From assembly GCA_963849325.1 (NCBI GenBank), contig CAWKHF010000004.1, positions 128,001 through 192,000 of the forward strand: a stretch of DNA of 64,000 bases. Reading direction: 5' to 3'. Under the pieces are notes generated by a model, which was given only the letters and a program-made list of their open reading frames with translations, searched no databases and was not told where the DNA came from. Shown piece after piece: positions 30,291 through 42,702 of the stretch; position 1 is the first letter of the stretch, and each line of letters begins with the position of its first letter. This DNA comes from an uncultured Planctomycetota bacterium (GTDB taxonomy: Bacteria; Planctomycetota; Planctomycetia; Gemmatales; Gemmataceae). Made by a program: the position numbers and the translations under genes.

Positions 30291-31356
30291 TTATTTGCTG
30301 GCCGCGGCCTTGGCCTCGACCGGGTTGTTGTCGGAGGTCGAAACCTCGGTCTTCTGCGTTTGCGACAGCTCGACGTTGGTTTCCTGACCGCCGATCTCGA
30401 TTTTCAGCTTGCCCGACAGCTCCAGCGACATGTCGCTCTTATCGACGCGACCCTTGTCCTTGTTGAACCAGATGGTGCCGTTGGCATTCTTGCTGGCCAG
30501 ATCGGCGCTCTTGATCTTGAAGGGAAGACCGCCGATGCCGTCCGTTTTCTCCGGCGGCGAGTACGTCAGCTTGGTGTCCACCTTGATCTTGTCGAGCTTG
30601 GTCTTGTCGTCGCTGCCGTCGTAGGTGTAGGTGTATTCGTTCTTGTAGGTGCCGATCGGACCCATGTCGAGAGTGGTCTTCTTGGTCCAGCTCTTGCCCT
30701 TCTCGACCGGGTCGTTGCTGACGACGGCGAAGGTCGGCTCGGCCATCTCGCGCAGGGCGTCCTCGCTGAGGATCCGGTCGAGCAACGGCTGCATCTGCTT
30801 GTTGGCCGTCACCAGCTTGTTGACGAACTCCTTGCGGCCCTCGATGTTGCTGATCTTGAGCGTCTTGGGATCGAGCGTCAGCTTGAACGACGAACCGACC
30901 AAGGCCTTGAAGAACTCGCTGAGCGGATTGGACGTGTTGTTGGCGGCGGCGCTGGTCGAGTCGTACTTGATCGGACTGCCGCCGATGTCGATGTCCATCT
31001 TCACGCCGAGGATCTTCTGCTCGATGATCCACTTGCCGTCCTTCTCCTCCAACGGCGTCCAGCTGAAATAGAAGGTCTGCTCCTGCTTCTGCTTGACGTC
31101 GTTGTTCATGACCTTCATGCTCTGCTCGGTGGTCGTCTTCATCGTCTGGTAGAACGACTTGTTCTTCTCGAACTTCCAGGCGAGCGTGACCTTGGTGGGA
31201 TCCTTGGAGGACTCCCTTGGTATCTTCCTTTTTGGTCTGTTCTTTCTTGGTGTCTTCTTTTTTGTCCTTGGCCTGGCCGAACAGATCGAGTCCGGCGAAA
31301 GGAAGGACCAGGAACGCTGCCAGGAAGAAGACCGTCAACCGTCGCCCGTTCAACAT
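30291..31356 (-). CDS. Exported beta-rich hypothetical protein (DUF6263-like; one frameshift)
   Basis: Hydrophobic N-terminus, Lys/Thr-rich body, GTIWFNKDKGRV. Confidence 0.6.
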
Positions 31357-31520
31357 GGGGAGAAACCTCCAGCAAACGAAGGACTCATTCGCGCAACTCG
31401 CTGCACCGAATGTCATCCAGTGCCCGTTCATAAGGACTACTGTTTTTTATCTGATCCCCGGAGGGATACAAGAGATTCCGGAAAAATCAGTTGACCGACG
31501 ACCGTGCCGGGTGCGACAAC

Positions 31521-31587
31521 AGGCGAACGGCCGGCGTCAGCCGGCTGGTAATGCTTCAACCAGCCGGCTGACGCCGGCCGTTCGCCT
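31521..31587. repeat. 29-bp inverted repeat (REP-like)
   Basis: AGGCGAACGGCCGGCGTCAGCCGGCTGGT and its reverse complement. Confidence 0.85.
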
Positions 31588-31601
31588 CCGAGGATCTGCG
31601 C

Positions 31602-32552
31602 ATGAACCTACTGACGACGTTCTCCGGCTCGCTGATGGAGGGTTTTCTGCCGGGGGGCTGGGACCTGGCCAAGATCGACCGCTTGGCCGAGGCGCCGCCG
31701 GACAAGGCGACGGCCCGGCAATCGTGGTGGCATCCGCAGTTTCAGCCGGTGCCGTGCGCCTCGTTCGAGGACTTCGACACCTACCTGGGCCACGAAATCG
31801 CCCGCGAGATCCAGTTGGCCCGCCAGGCCGGCCAGCCCATCGTTTTTATCCTGCCCGTCGGGCCGATGGGGATGTATCGCTGGACGGTCTGGTTCCTCAA
31901 GGAGTGGGGCGTCTCCTGCGAGCACGTCCACGGCTTCAACATGGACGAATGGTCCGACGCCCGGGGCGACACGCTGCCGCCGAACACGCCGGGCGCCTTC
32001 CAGCACGCCATGCAGGAGGCGCTGTACGGCCCGCTCGGCGCCAACACCGTGCCGCCGCGACAAAGGCACTTCGCCGTCAAGACGGAGCTGCCTAGCTATG
32101 CCGAGCAGATCGCCGACTTGAAGAAACAGGGGGCAAAGTTGGTGACGGTGTTCGGCATCGGCCGCGTCTGTCACATCGCCTTCTGGGAGCCGCACTTCGC
32201 CGCTGAGTTCGCCGGCGAGGCGGAGTGGAAGAGGCAGACCCATCGGCTCGGGGCACGACTGCATCCGTTGACCATCGAGCAGAACGCGCTGACCAGCTTC
32301 CGCAGCCGGACGACGTTGGTGCCCGCGTTCGCCAATACCATCGGGCCGGCGCTGTTTCTGGCCGCTGACCGCATCATCGGCGGCGCCGACGGCGTGCTCG
32401 GCCGCGGCATGCAGTGGCAAGGGCTGTCGCTGCGCATGACGCTGCTACACGAACCGACGCCGTGGATACCCAGCAGCTACATGCCGACGTTGCCGGGGAG
32501 ATTGTTTTATCTGCGCGAGCTGGGTGAGCCGCTGACAGCGGAGTGTCATTAA
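31602..32552 (+). CDS. Glucosamine-6-phosphate isomerase/deaminase-like protein
   Basis: [26 protein letters not shown]. Confidence 0.75.
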   Translation: MNLLTTFSGSLMEGFLPGGWDLAKIDRLAEAPPDKATARQSWWHPQFQPVPCASFEDFDTYLGHEIAREIQLARQAGQPIVFILPVGPMGMYRWTVWFLKEWGVSCEHVHGFNMDEWSDARGDTLPPNTPGAFQHAMQEALYGPLGANTVPPRQRHFAVKTELPSYAEQIADLKKQGAKLVTVFGIGRVCHIAFWEPHFAAEFAGEAEWKRQTHRLGARLHPLTIEQNALTSFRSRTTLVPAFANTIGPALFLAADRIIGGADGVLGRGMQWQGLSLRMTLLHEPTPWIPSSYMPTLPGRLFYLRELGEPLTAECH

Positions 32553-32559
32553 ATCCTGT

Positions 32560-32613
32560 TTAGCCGCGACGCGCAGCGGAGCGCGAACGCGCTCCGCTGC
32601 GCGTCGCGGCTAA
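32560..32613. repeat. REP-like palindrome TTAGCCGCGACGCGCAGCGGAGCGCG (second copy at 43778-43842)
   Basis: 26-bp inverted repeat seen twice in the window. Confidence 0.9.
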
Positions 32614-34560
32614 CCGAAGGGCGATGCCGTCAACGGCAGCTCCACCCGAAAACAGGCGCCGCGGCCCGTGGGGCTGGTCTGCAAACTCAGCCGGCCTCCG
32701 AGCAGCTGCGTCCAGCGCCGCGCCAGCGCCAGCCCCAAACCGACGCCGCCGGCCGTCTCGTCGGCGCCGCGTCCGCGACGGAAGGCGCGGAAGATCAATC
32801 GTCGGTCCTTCACCGGCACGCCTGGCCCGCGATCCTCGATCTCGAACAGCAGTCGGCCCTCGCTCCGCGCGCAGCCACAGTCGGCGGTCCTCGGCGCCGC
32901 GGCTGTACTTGCAGGCGTTGTCGATCAGGTTGCCGAGCACTTGCCGCACCAGTTCGCGGTCGGTCCACAGCGCCGCGTCCGCCGGCAGCGTGTTCTCGAC
33001 GATCAGTTCCTTCTCGGCATCCTGACAGCGGCCGGCCCAGGCGGCGCGCACCTGTTCGAGCAGATCGCCGAGGAATACCTGGCTGTGATGGAGACGCGGC
33101 CGTTGGCTCTCCAGGCGCGAGAAGTCGAGCACGTTGCCGACCAGGCGGTTGAGCCGGTCGGTCTCGGCGTGCAGCGTGTGGATGTACTCGTTGCGTTGTT
33201 TGTCGTCGCGTACCAGGCCGTTGACCAGCATGTCGAGGTAAAGCCGCAATGTTGTCAGTGGCGTCCGCAATTCGTGGGTGACGGCCGACACAAAACGGAT
33301 GCGGCGCTCCGACAGGTCCAACAGCGACCAGCCGCCCAGGCCGACGGCCAGCAAGGCGAAGAGGGCCGCCAGCCAGGCCAGGGCCAGGCCGATGCGCAGC
33401 GGCGTCCAGCCGGGGTCGGCCGGCGACGCCGACGGGCCGGGGTCCAGCTGCAAGGGCAGGGCCGTCATGGTGCGCTCCGGCTGCGACGGCACCGCCTCGC
33501 GCATCGGCACCACCTTCGCCTCGGGGAACAGGTCGGCCACTTCGTGGGCGAGCATCTCCTGCAACGCCGGGCCGTCGAGTACGATGCCCTGGCAGATGTC
33601 GGTGTCCTCGATGCGGACCAGGCGAAAGAGGACGAGATGTTCCGGACCCGCCGGTGTCTCCAGCCAGAGGGGGACCATCGGACTGAGGTGTACCAAGACC
33701 TCGGTTCCCGCCGAGCGCGAAGGAGCCAGCGGCGCGAACCAGTTGGCCCCATTGCCGGGCACGGTGTTGAGGGCCAGGTCTTTCGGCACGCGCTTGGGGC
33801 TCTTGCCCTCGTTGAGCAAGCGGTTCTGCTGATCGCGGCGAGTGTTGTACTCCTGGGCCAGCGCCTGGTTCGGATAGGAATTCGTTCCCTGGGCCATCTG
33901 GGCGGTATTATCCAAGTTCAGCAGGTAGGGACCGGATTGCCCGGCGGGGTTGACCGCGTTGTCCAGATTGTTCTGGGCCAGCAATACGGCCGTGTCGCGC
34001 ACCGTGGCCGGCTGGGTGTGCTCGGCGGCTCGCTCCAACAGGTCGGCGACGGGCAGCTGCCGCGTCAACTCGGCCAGTAGACGCTGTCGCGCGGGAGTGA
34101 CGTTGTTCAGCGTCAGCTTGCCATGGATGCCGTTCAGCAACCGGGTGAGCTTGGGCGACAGCACCTGCGGCGATTCCCAGCCGACCGTCCGGTTGGTCTG
34201 GAAGTGCAGCAGCATCCACGGGGGCAATTCGGTATTCAACAGGGGCGAGGGTTCCAGGACGCTGCCGCTCGAACAGCAGACGCCGAAATTGTTCAACGCC
34301 AGCGGAAGGGGATAGACGGCACTGTAATGGTTGAAGGGACGACTGTCCTCGCGGGCCAACAGAGGCGAGACGCGGCTATCGAGCCGCCACAGCGCCAGCC
34401 GCAGCAGATTGCCGCGCTCGGACTCGACGCGCTGTTCCAGCTGTTCGCGCTCCAGGCGCAGGGCGGCGGCGGTGGCCCAACCCAGACCACCCGCCACCAG
34501 GCCGGCGATCATCGCGAAGCTGAACAATCCCGCGGGTTTGCCGCGCAGCCAAGGTCTCAT
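32610..34560 (-). CDS. Sensor histidine kinase (frameshift near 32860)
   Basis: Two TM segments, VTHELRTPL H-box, NLIDNACKY, GVGLGLAL. Confidence 0.9.
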
Positions 34561-35300
34561 GAGTGTCCCTCCTTGTCGAACGATGGCTCCAGCGGCGTCA
34601 ACTCGGGTGCGGCCATGTAGCCGTGGGCGCGGACGGTGAGGATGGCCTCAGGCGTCTCGCGGCCGGACGGATCGCGCAGCTTGGTTCGCAGTCGGGCGAT
34701 GTGCATGTCGATGGTGCGTGTCTCCAGCCCTTGCGGCTCGATGCCCCAGAGGCGCGTCAGCAGTTCCTCGCGCGACACGGCCCGCTTGCGGTGCGCCACC
34801 AGGAAGCCGAGGATGGCGCTCTCCGTCTCCGACAGCTCGCCGCGTTCCTTGGTGGACCAGCAGATTTCGCGGCGCTCCAGGTCGATGACGGCGCGGCCCA
34901 GCCGTGCCCCTCGCACCTCGGCGGGCCGGCCCAGTGAGCGGCGCAGCACCGCCTCGACGCGGGCCAGCAATTCGCGGGCGGAGAACGGCTTGACCACGTA
35001 ATCGTCGGCCCCCATTTTGAGACCGCGCACCCGGTCGTCTTCCGTGCCGCGCGCCGTGAGGATGATGACCGGCAAGGTGGCACGGACGCGGCGCAGCTCC
35101 TGGAGCACGTCCAGGCCATCTCGGCGCGGCAGCAGCAGGTCGAGCAGCACCAGATCGACGCCCGGCCGAATCGCCTCGGTCAATCCCTTATCGCCATCGC
35201 CGGCCTCGGCGACCTCGTAGCCGGACGCGCGCAGGGCATCGGCGATGCCGCGGCGAATGGGCTGCTCGTCCTCGACGATCACGATACGGGCGCGGTGCAT
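34557..35300 (-). CDS. OmpR-family response regulator
   Basis: IVEDE, LLDLLLP, KPF, RTIDMHIARLRTKL. Confidence 0.95.
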   Translation of the reverse strand: MHRARIVIVEDEQPIRRGIADALRASGYEVAEAGDGDKGLTEAIRPGVDLVLLDLLLPRRDGLDVLQELRRVRATLPVIILTARGTEDDRVRGLKMGADDYVVKPFSARELLARVEAVLRRSLGRPAEVRGARLGRAVIDLERREICWSTKERGELSETESAILGFLVAHRKRAVSREELLTRLWGIEPQGLETRTIDMHIARLRTKLRDPSGRETPEAILTVRAHGYMAAPELTPLEPSFDKEGHS

Positions 35301-35324
35301 AACTCATTACCCCGTGCATGGAAG

Positions 35325-35460
35325 AGAAAAACCACGAATCACACGAATCACACGAATAAAGACCAAGAAAGATCGGCAGGCATTGCCTTGTCTCTCCATT
35401 TTGAGGGTCCGCTCATCCCCTGGTTTTTTGTCTTTTATTCGTGTGATTCGTGGTTTTTCT
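35325..35460. repeat. Nonamer-armed inverted repeat (CACGAATCA)n ... (TTCGTGTGA)n
   Basis: Directly visible upstream of the response regulator. Confidence 0.75.
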
Positions 35461-35834
35461 GCTTCGATCTCCCTCAAGCCCGATGGAGCTATTGTAACCG
35501 CTCTCGCCGCCTCGCTCTGTAACGAGATGGTAACGAAGCCCTGTTTTCTCCAGATACGCTTCATGAAACGACCTTGACCGATTGAGCAGTCGGGACTATA
35601 CGCGGTTCGACTTTCCATCGGAACCTTGAGTGAAAAGAAACGACTAAAGTTTCCAGGCCGGGTCCGCAGCGCGATCACGATGAGAATGCTGTACCGGCGA
35701 GACGTGGAGGCGAGTCCACGACGGAGACCGGGGGGTCTCCGAAGAAGATAGGGCAAGGGGGTCTCCTCGGATTGCTGAGTTCACATCAGCAATCGGCAAT
35801 CCGAGAGGCGGCGCATTCCATGAAGGAGGCGAGG

Positions 35835-38800
35835 GTGGCTAGGGCAAACAAGCGAAAATGGGTCAACCTCGTTGCCGGCCTGCTCGTGGGCACGGCAGCG
35901 CAACCGCTGGCATTGTTCGCCGGCCCGGACATCGGCCTCTCCTCCCTGCAGCTCCACGCCGACCGCGAGGAGTTGGTCGTGGCCCAGTTTAGCGGCGGCC
36001 CGTCGCGCGCCCACGTCGCGCTCAACGGTGCCATCGACGCGCAGCGGTTGGGCGATCTCGACACCGCCGCCGCCCTCTTCCGCGAGGCACAAGCGCGGCA
36101 AAACGACCTGACCCCGGATGAGCGCCGCGATCTCGACCGTCTGCTGGCGGCCAACGCCCTGGCCCTGCAGGCGCGGCGCGATGCCCGCGAACAGCTGGGT
36201 CAAGCGGAGACGGCCTTGCTCCAGGGCCGCGCCGCCGACGCCGCCGTCCTCATCAAGAGGATCACCGCCAACGAGCTGTATCTCAGTGCCGCCGACAAAC
36301 AGCGCTTCCGGGCGTTGTGCCAGAAACTGCACGTTCAGCCGGCCGCCTCCGCGGGTGTGCCCACGGGCAACCCCACCGCGCAGGCCCATGCCAAATTACA
36401 GGCGGCCCGCGCCGAACTGTCCAAGACCAACCTCAACGCCGCCGAAGCTCTGACTCGTGAGGCCGAACAGCTCCACGGAAACTTCGGACCCAACGAGGAT
36501 TCGCCCCGCCGGATGCTCGAAGATCTCGATAAGGCTCGCAAAGATCCCCGCACCATGCTCCTGGCCGCGCGCGCCGCCCTGCAGCGCGGCGAACTGGACC
36601 ATGCCGAGCAATTCGCCCACACCGCCGAGCAAATCGGCTCTACCTTCACCTTCCCCGTCTGGGGCGATACGCCAGGGAAAGCCCTCAAGGACATCCAGAC
36701 CGCCCGCGCTGCCGCCGGTTCGCAGAAGGCCGCCGCGCCAGCGACGGCGGCGAGCGTTCCCTCCGAGCAGGCCGTCCACACCGAGAAGGCCCGCGCCTTG
36801 ATCCTGCAAGGGCGGAAGGCCCTGGCCGCCGGAGACACCGCTCAGGCGCGCAAGTGCGCCGAGCAGGCTGCCGCCCTCAAGGCCGACCTGCACTGGGTTG
36901 AAGACAACCCCGCCAAGCTGCTCGACGACATCGCCCGCGCCGACACCAAGGCGGGGCCAGTGCCGGGCGCACCCTCTCCCACCGCCTCGGTACGCACCAA
37001 GGAGGATGGACTCGCCTTGCTGCAGAAAGGCCGCGAGCAGCTGGCCCACGGCGAGCTCGAGGAGGCCAACAAGACGGCGGCTCGGTTGCACGCCGCCAAA
37101 CATCTTCACTGGGGCCTGTTCTTCGAGGACACGCCCGACAAGCTCCAGGCCAACGTCGATCATGCCCGCGCCCAGCGCAGCAAGGAGAAGTCCGTCGAGC
37201 TGATGGCCGAGGCCCGCCGCCGCTTCGAGAAGAAGGATTACGACGGCGCCGAAAAGCTCGCTTACGAGGCCCAGAAACTGCACGGCAGTTACAGCATCTG
37301 GGATCTCGGCGACCGCCCAAGCAAGCTGCTGGCCAACGTCCAATCGCAGCGGCTGAAGGAGCGGCGCGTCAAGCTGCCTGATCCGCCCGTGATGGCCAAG
37401 GGAGAGGCCGACCTCAGCCACGGCCCGCTGGCCCAGCTCGACAAGAAGCCGGACACGCCGCCGTCGCCAAACGTGGCGCAGGCACGGCTGCTGCTGGCCG
37501 ACGCGCGGACTGCGCTGCGCACCGGCGACACCGCCAAGGCGCGTGCCCTTGCCGATCAGGTGCGCGACATGCACATCGCCTGGAACAACCCCGGCGACGA
37601 CACGCCCGAGAACATTTACCGCGAAATCGACCGCCTGTCTCCGGCACGTCCGCCGGTGGCAGCGATGTCGCCCGCGGCGCTGCTCGCCAACAAGCCGTCC
37701 GCGCCGCCTGCGGCGACGGTCGCCGAGAAGCCGCCCCACCCGACGCCGGTCCCCCTGCCGGGTAGCGATGTCCGGTCGGCCCACGCGCGGGCCTGGCAGC
37801 TGATGGCCGATGCCCGCATGATGCAACGACAAAATCGACTCATCGAGGCCCGCGACAAGATCGTCGAGGCGCAAAAGCTCGGCGTCGCCTTCCGTCCCGA
37901 TGAGGAAACGCCCGATCAGATCTATCAGCAGATCGCCTTCCTCGCCCGTCAGCGCATCGACAGCCTGCTTACCCACGCCAACGAGACTGTCCGCTTCGGC
38001 ACGCAGGCGCCCGCCGTCCGTCGTCAGGCAGCCGAGAAGGATCTGGCGCAGGCCCGGCAGCTCGCCGTCGCCTTCGGTCAGGATACCCAGCCGATCGAGC
38101 GCACTCTGCTGTTGGCCCAGCAGCTGAACGGCATGGGCGGCGTCACGCTCGTCGCCACACCGCCGGCGACCGGCGGCATGTTGCCGCCGGCGAGCATCGA
38201 GAAGGGTGGACCTTCCGCCGTCCCGGCGCCGGCCTCCCCGCAGGCCCGTGGGATGAAGCTGCTCGACGACGCGCGGCTGGAGCTGAGGGCGGGGCAGACG
38301 GCCACGGCGCGGCGCCTGGCCGAGGAAGCCTGCAACTACGGCGTGCGCGATCAGGCCCTGGCCGTGCTGCGCAGCATCGACACCGAGGAATTCAACCAGC
38401 GTTGTCTGCAAGCCAATCACGCCTTCAGCGCCGTGGTCGCCGCCTACAATCGCCACGAGTACCATCAGGCCGGCTTGCTGCTGGCGGCCATCGACATCAA
38501 ACTGCTCGACGGCCCGCGACAGAGCCGGCTCCGCGAGATCCTCAGCACGCCCGAGATGCAGCCGGCCGCTCGCGGCATGGCGATCGCCCTCACCAGCGGC
38601 CAGGCCACGGAGCCGGGCGACAAGACCGCCGGTCCTGCGTTCAACCCGCAACTCAACCAGGCGCCGAACGCTGCCAGCGTGGGCAAGGCGCGGGCCACGG
38701 ACGCCCCCGACCAGTCGCTGCTGGCACGCACCCGCGCCCTGCGCGAGGTCAAGTTCCAGCAGCTTCGTCAGAAGAGCATGGACGTGCAGACGCAGGCACT

Positions 38801-41130
38801 GGACCGTTTCCGCAGCGGACAAACCGATGCCGCCGTGGACATGCTCCAGGACTATCTCGTCGAGTTGTCGCAGGAACAGCTCGACGCCGGCCAGTTGACC
38901 TTGCTGCGCCGCCCGATCGAATCGCGCGTGCAGCAGTTCCGCCTCATGAAGGCGCAGGTGGACTTCGCCAACCAGTCCACCGCCTCGCTCAAACAGAGCA
39001 AGAACGAACGCCTCAAGTTCCAGAACGCCGAGCAGGTCAAACAGAAGAACGTGGCCGAGTTGATGAAACAGTACAACGAACTGTTCAAGACCGGCAAGTA
39101 CTCCGAGGCCGAGGCCCTGGCCCTGCGCGTCAAGGAGCTGGACCCCGACAACCCCATGGCCACCGCCGCCATCACCATCGCCCGCACCCAGCGCCGCAAG
39201 GACGAGTATGAAACCAACAAGGAGAACAAGGAAAAACTGTTCCTCGATGCCATGAACGAGACCGACCGGCAAGGGGACTCCAAGGCGATCAAGAGCGGCA
39301 TCACCTTCGAGGAGGATCGCGAGCGCCTGGCCATCATCCGGGGCCGCAAAAATCTCAACGATTTGACCCTGCCCATGCCGCGCAAGACGGCGGAAGAACG
39401 GGAGATCGAGCGCAAGCTGAATTCGCCGGTGAATTTGAACTTCACCAATGCGCCGCTGCGGCAAGTCATCGACGACCTGCGTGCCTTCAAGGCCGTCAAC
39501 ATCTACGTCGATGATTCGGCCCTGGGCGAGAAGGGCATCAGCCAGGACATGCCGGTCAGCATCAAGCTCGAGAACATCTCGCTCAAGTCGGCCCTGAACC
39601 TGCTGCTGCACTCGGTCCACCTGACGTACTTCGTCAAGGACGACGTGCTGCAGATCACCACCGAGGACCAGGCGCGCGGCAAGCTGGAACCGAAGGTCTA
39701 CCAGGTGACCGATCTGGTCCTGGCCGTGGAGAATTTCGGCCAGGTCGGACAGACGGCACCGTCGCAGCTGGGCATCGAGAACGTCAACCAGCCGGTGACG
39801 GGCGCGCCGTCGCCGGTGACGGGTCCGTACTCGCTCAATGGCGGTCAGCCGGTCGGGGCGCCGATGGGCGGCTCGCTGTCCCACGGCGGCGGAGCCTTCG
39901 CGTCCGACCCCACGAACTCCGGCCAGCCACAGATCACCAAGCAACGCTCGCAAACCAACGAGGAAATGCTCATCAAGCTCATTACCAACACCATCGCGCC
40001 GCGTAGCTGGGGCGAGCAGGGCGGGCCGGGCACCATCGAGTATTTCCCCCTGACGATGTCGCTGGTGATCAACCAGACGCCGGACATCCAGGATCAGGTC
40101 GCCGACCTGCTGGCGGCCCTGCGCCGTCTGCAGGACCAGGAGGTGGCCGTCGAGGTCAAGTTCATCAGCATCGCCGAGGACTTCTTCGAGCGGATCGGCG
40201 TCAACTTCAATCTGAACATCGTCAACAAGAACAGCACCAAGTATCAGCCGCAGTCTGACTTCCGGCGATTTCCAACAGGCCGGCTACATCAACCAGTTCG
40301 TGCCGAGTAACTTCATCTCCGGCCTGACACCGGCCGGCACCCTGACGAGCGACCTGAACATTCCGATCACGACCAACACCTACAACCAGGCCATTCCGCC
40401 GTTCGGCGGCTATCCCGGCGTGCCCGGCTTCGGGGGTCTGACGCTGGGTTTGGCCTTCCTCAGCGACATCCAGGTGTTCCTATTCATGGAGGCCGTCCAG
40501 GGCGACATCCGCTCCAACGTCATGCAGGCGCCCAAGCTGACGCTGTTCAACGGTCAGACCGGCACCATCCTGGTGCAGGACTTCCAGTTCTTCGTGATCG
40601 GCGTGCAGGTGGTGCCGCAGTTGGGCCAATTCACTTACTTCCCGCAAACGTCGTTATTCCCCCTGGGCGTATCCTTGACCATCCAGGCGGTCATCTCGGC
40701 GGATCGACGTTTCGTACGCCTGTCGCTGACGCCGAGCATGTCGAACCTGGTCAACGGCGAAATCAACCTGTTCCCGGTGGTGACGCCGATCTTCCCACTG
40801 TTCGACGGCACGGCGACCGGCCAGCCGGTGGTCTTCACGCAATTCGTGCAGCAGCCGCGCTTGACGCGCGTGTCGGTGCAGACGACCGTGGCCGTACCCG
40901 ATGGCGGCACCGTACTCATGGGTGGCCTGAAGCGCCTGTCCGAGGGCCGCAACGAGTTCGGGCCGCCGGTGCTCAGCAAGATCCCGTACTTGAATCGTCT
41001 GTTCCGCAACCAGGCCTACGGACGGTCGGCCGAGAGCTTGCTCATCATGGTCACGCCGCGCATCATCATCCAGGCCGAAGAGGAAGAGCGGCAGACCGGC
41101 TACGTGGCCCCGCCGCCGGTCATTCCGTAG
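35835..41130 (+). CDS. Giant secretin-like (GspD/PilQ family) protein with long helical-repeat N-terminus (one frameshift near 40260-40300)
   Basis: STN-like LNFTNAPLRQVID, QAPKLTLFNGQ, VPDGGTVLMGG, PVLSKIPYLNRLF, LIMVTPRII. Confidence 0.85.
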
Positions 41131-41374
41131 TTCTGAGTTCTGAGTTCTGAGTGAAAACGCCGGGCGGCGAGCAGGTATCCCGAACTGCTCGCCGCCCGGT
41201 GTCTTTTACTCAGTGTCTGTCCGGTAAGCCCCTCTCCCCCGGTACTCCGGGGGAGAGGGGTTGGGGTGAGGGGGTGCGGTTTCCGCAGGTTTGCCGCCCC
41301 CTCACCCCCAACCCCTCTCCCCTGAGTACGGGGGAGAGGGGGGCTTAGGGGACCGACTCTCAGAACTCAGAACT
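41129..41374. repeat. Heptamer-armed hairpin with a nested CCCCTCTCCC/GGGAGAGGGG REP-type element
   Basis: (AGTTCTG)3 left arm; right arm split by an insertion at about 41214-41358. Confidence 0.8.
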
Positions 41375-41376
41375 TC

Positions 41377-42633
41377 TCAGAGGCGTTCCGGCAGCAGCAA
41401 GACGGCGGGAGACTGCAACTGTCGCAGAATGGCGTTGGCGAACACGGCACCGACGGCGCCGTCGATGACGCGATGGTCGAACGACAACGACAGATACACG
41501 AGGTCGGCGGGGCGGACCTGGCCGGCGTCGTAGACGGGCCGCTTGACCACGCGGCCGATGCCGAGGATCGCCACTTCCGGGGGATTGATGACCGGCGTGG
41601 CGATCAGACCGCCGAGGTTGCCGACCGAGGTGATGGTGAAGGTGCCGCCGATCAGGTCTTCGCGGCGCGACTTGCCGGCACGGGCGGCGCTGCTCAAGCG
41701 TTCGATCTCGCGGGCGAGGTCGCCGATGTCCTTGTGGTCGGCGTCGTGAAGGACGGGCACCATCAGCCCCGAAGGCGTGGCCACGGCGATGCCGATGTGG
41801 TAGCGATCGTGCAGCACAATCTCGTCGGTCGTCTCATCGAGGCTGGCGTTGACGAGCGGCACTTCCTTCAGGGCGGCGACGACGGCTTTGATGAAGAAGG
41901 CCAGGTAGGTCAGCTTGACGCCGGCGCGAGCGTAGGTGTCGCGCAGGCTTTCGCGCAGCTTGACCAGGTCGGTGACGTCGCATTCCTCGACGTAGCTGTA
42001 ATGAGGAATGGTCCGTTTGGACAGCACCATGCGCTGAGCGATGGTGCGGCGCAGCCCCTGCATTTTGAGGCGCGTGCCGGGTTTGCCGTAATCTCGTTCG
42101 ACCTCGGCCGGCGTGGTCGCGGCTGTCGGCGACGCCGGCGCCGGCATCCGCGGAGTCAGATCCTCGATCAGGATGCGTCCCTCGGGTCCGCTGCCGTGGA
42201 CCGCGCCCAGGTCGATGCCGAGCTTGCGAGCCAGGTGCCGCACGGAAGGGGCGGCCTTGACGGGCAGGGGACCGCGCTCGGTCGGCCGCGCGGGACCGTT
42301 ATGGTTGGCCGACTCCGTGCGCAAGGGGCGCGTCATGGTCTCGGCGGCCTTCCCCGTCGCCGCGACCGCGACCGTCTGTCCCGACGTTGCCGCCGGCTGC
42401 CGGGCGCTGTCGTAAGTGAGCAGGACCTGGCCGACCTTGATCTGCTGACCGGGCTGAACGCGCAGGCCGGTGATCGTCCCGGGGAAGGGCGACGGCACTT
42501 CCATGGTGGCCTTGTCGGTCATGACCTCGGCGAGGGGCTGACCACGCTTGACGGCATCGCCGGGCTGCACCAGCCAGCGGATCAGCTCGGCCTCGTACAC
42601 GCCTTCGCCGATTTCGGGCAGTGCGAAGTCCAT
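41377..42633 (-). CDS. 2-oxoacid dehydrogenase E2 (dihydrolipoamide acyltransferase)
   Basis: Lipoyl motif EVMTDKAT, AAPSVRHLAR, DHRVIDG. Confidence 0.95.
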   Translation of the reverse strand: MDFALPEIGEGVYEAELIRWLVQPGDAVKRGQPLAEVMTDKATMEVPSPFPGTITGLRVQPGQQIKVGQVLLTYDSARQPAATSGQTVAVAATGKAAETMTRPLRTESANHNGPARPTERGPLPVKAAPSVRHLARKLGIDLGAVHGSGPEGRILIEDLTPRMPAPASPTAATTPAEVERDYGKPGTRLKMQGLRRTIAQRMVLSKRTIPHYSYVEECDVTDLVKLRESLRDTYARAGVKLTYLAFFIKAVVAALKEVPLVNASLDETTDEIVLHDRYHIGIAVATPSGLMVPVLHDADHKDIGDLAREIERLSSAARAGKSRREDLIGGTFTITSVGNLGGLIATPVINPPEVAILGIGRVVKRPVYDAGQVRPADLVYLSLSFDHRVIDGAVGAVFANAILRQLQSPAVLLLPERL

Positions 42634-42651
42634 GAAGGGAATCCTCCCGAG

Positions 42652-42697
42652 CGCTTGCGGCTTAGCACGATGAGGGAAGAGCGCTAAGCCGCAAGCG
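42652..42697. repeat. 15-bp inverted repeat CGCTTGCGGCTTAGC (REP-like)
   Basis: Between the E1b and E2 genes. Confidence 0.75.
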
Positions 42698-42702
42698 GCC
42701 GA

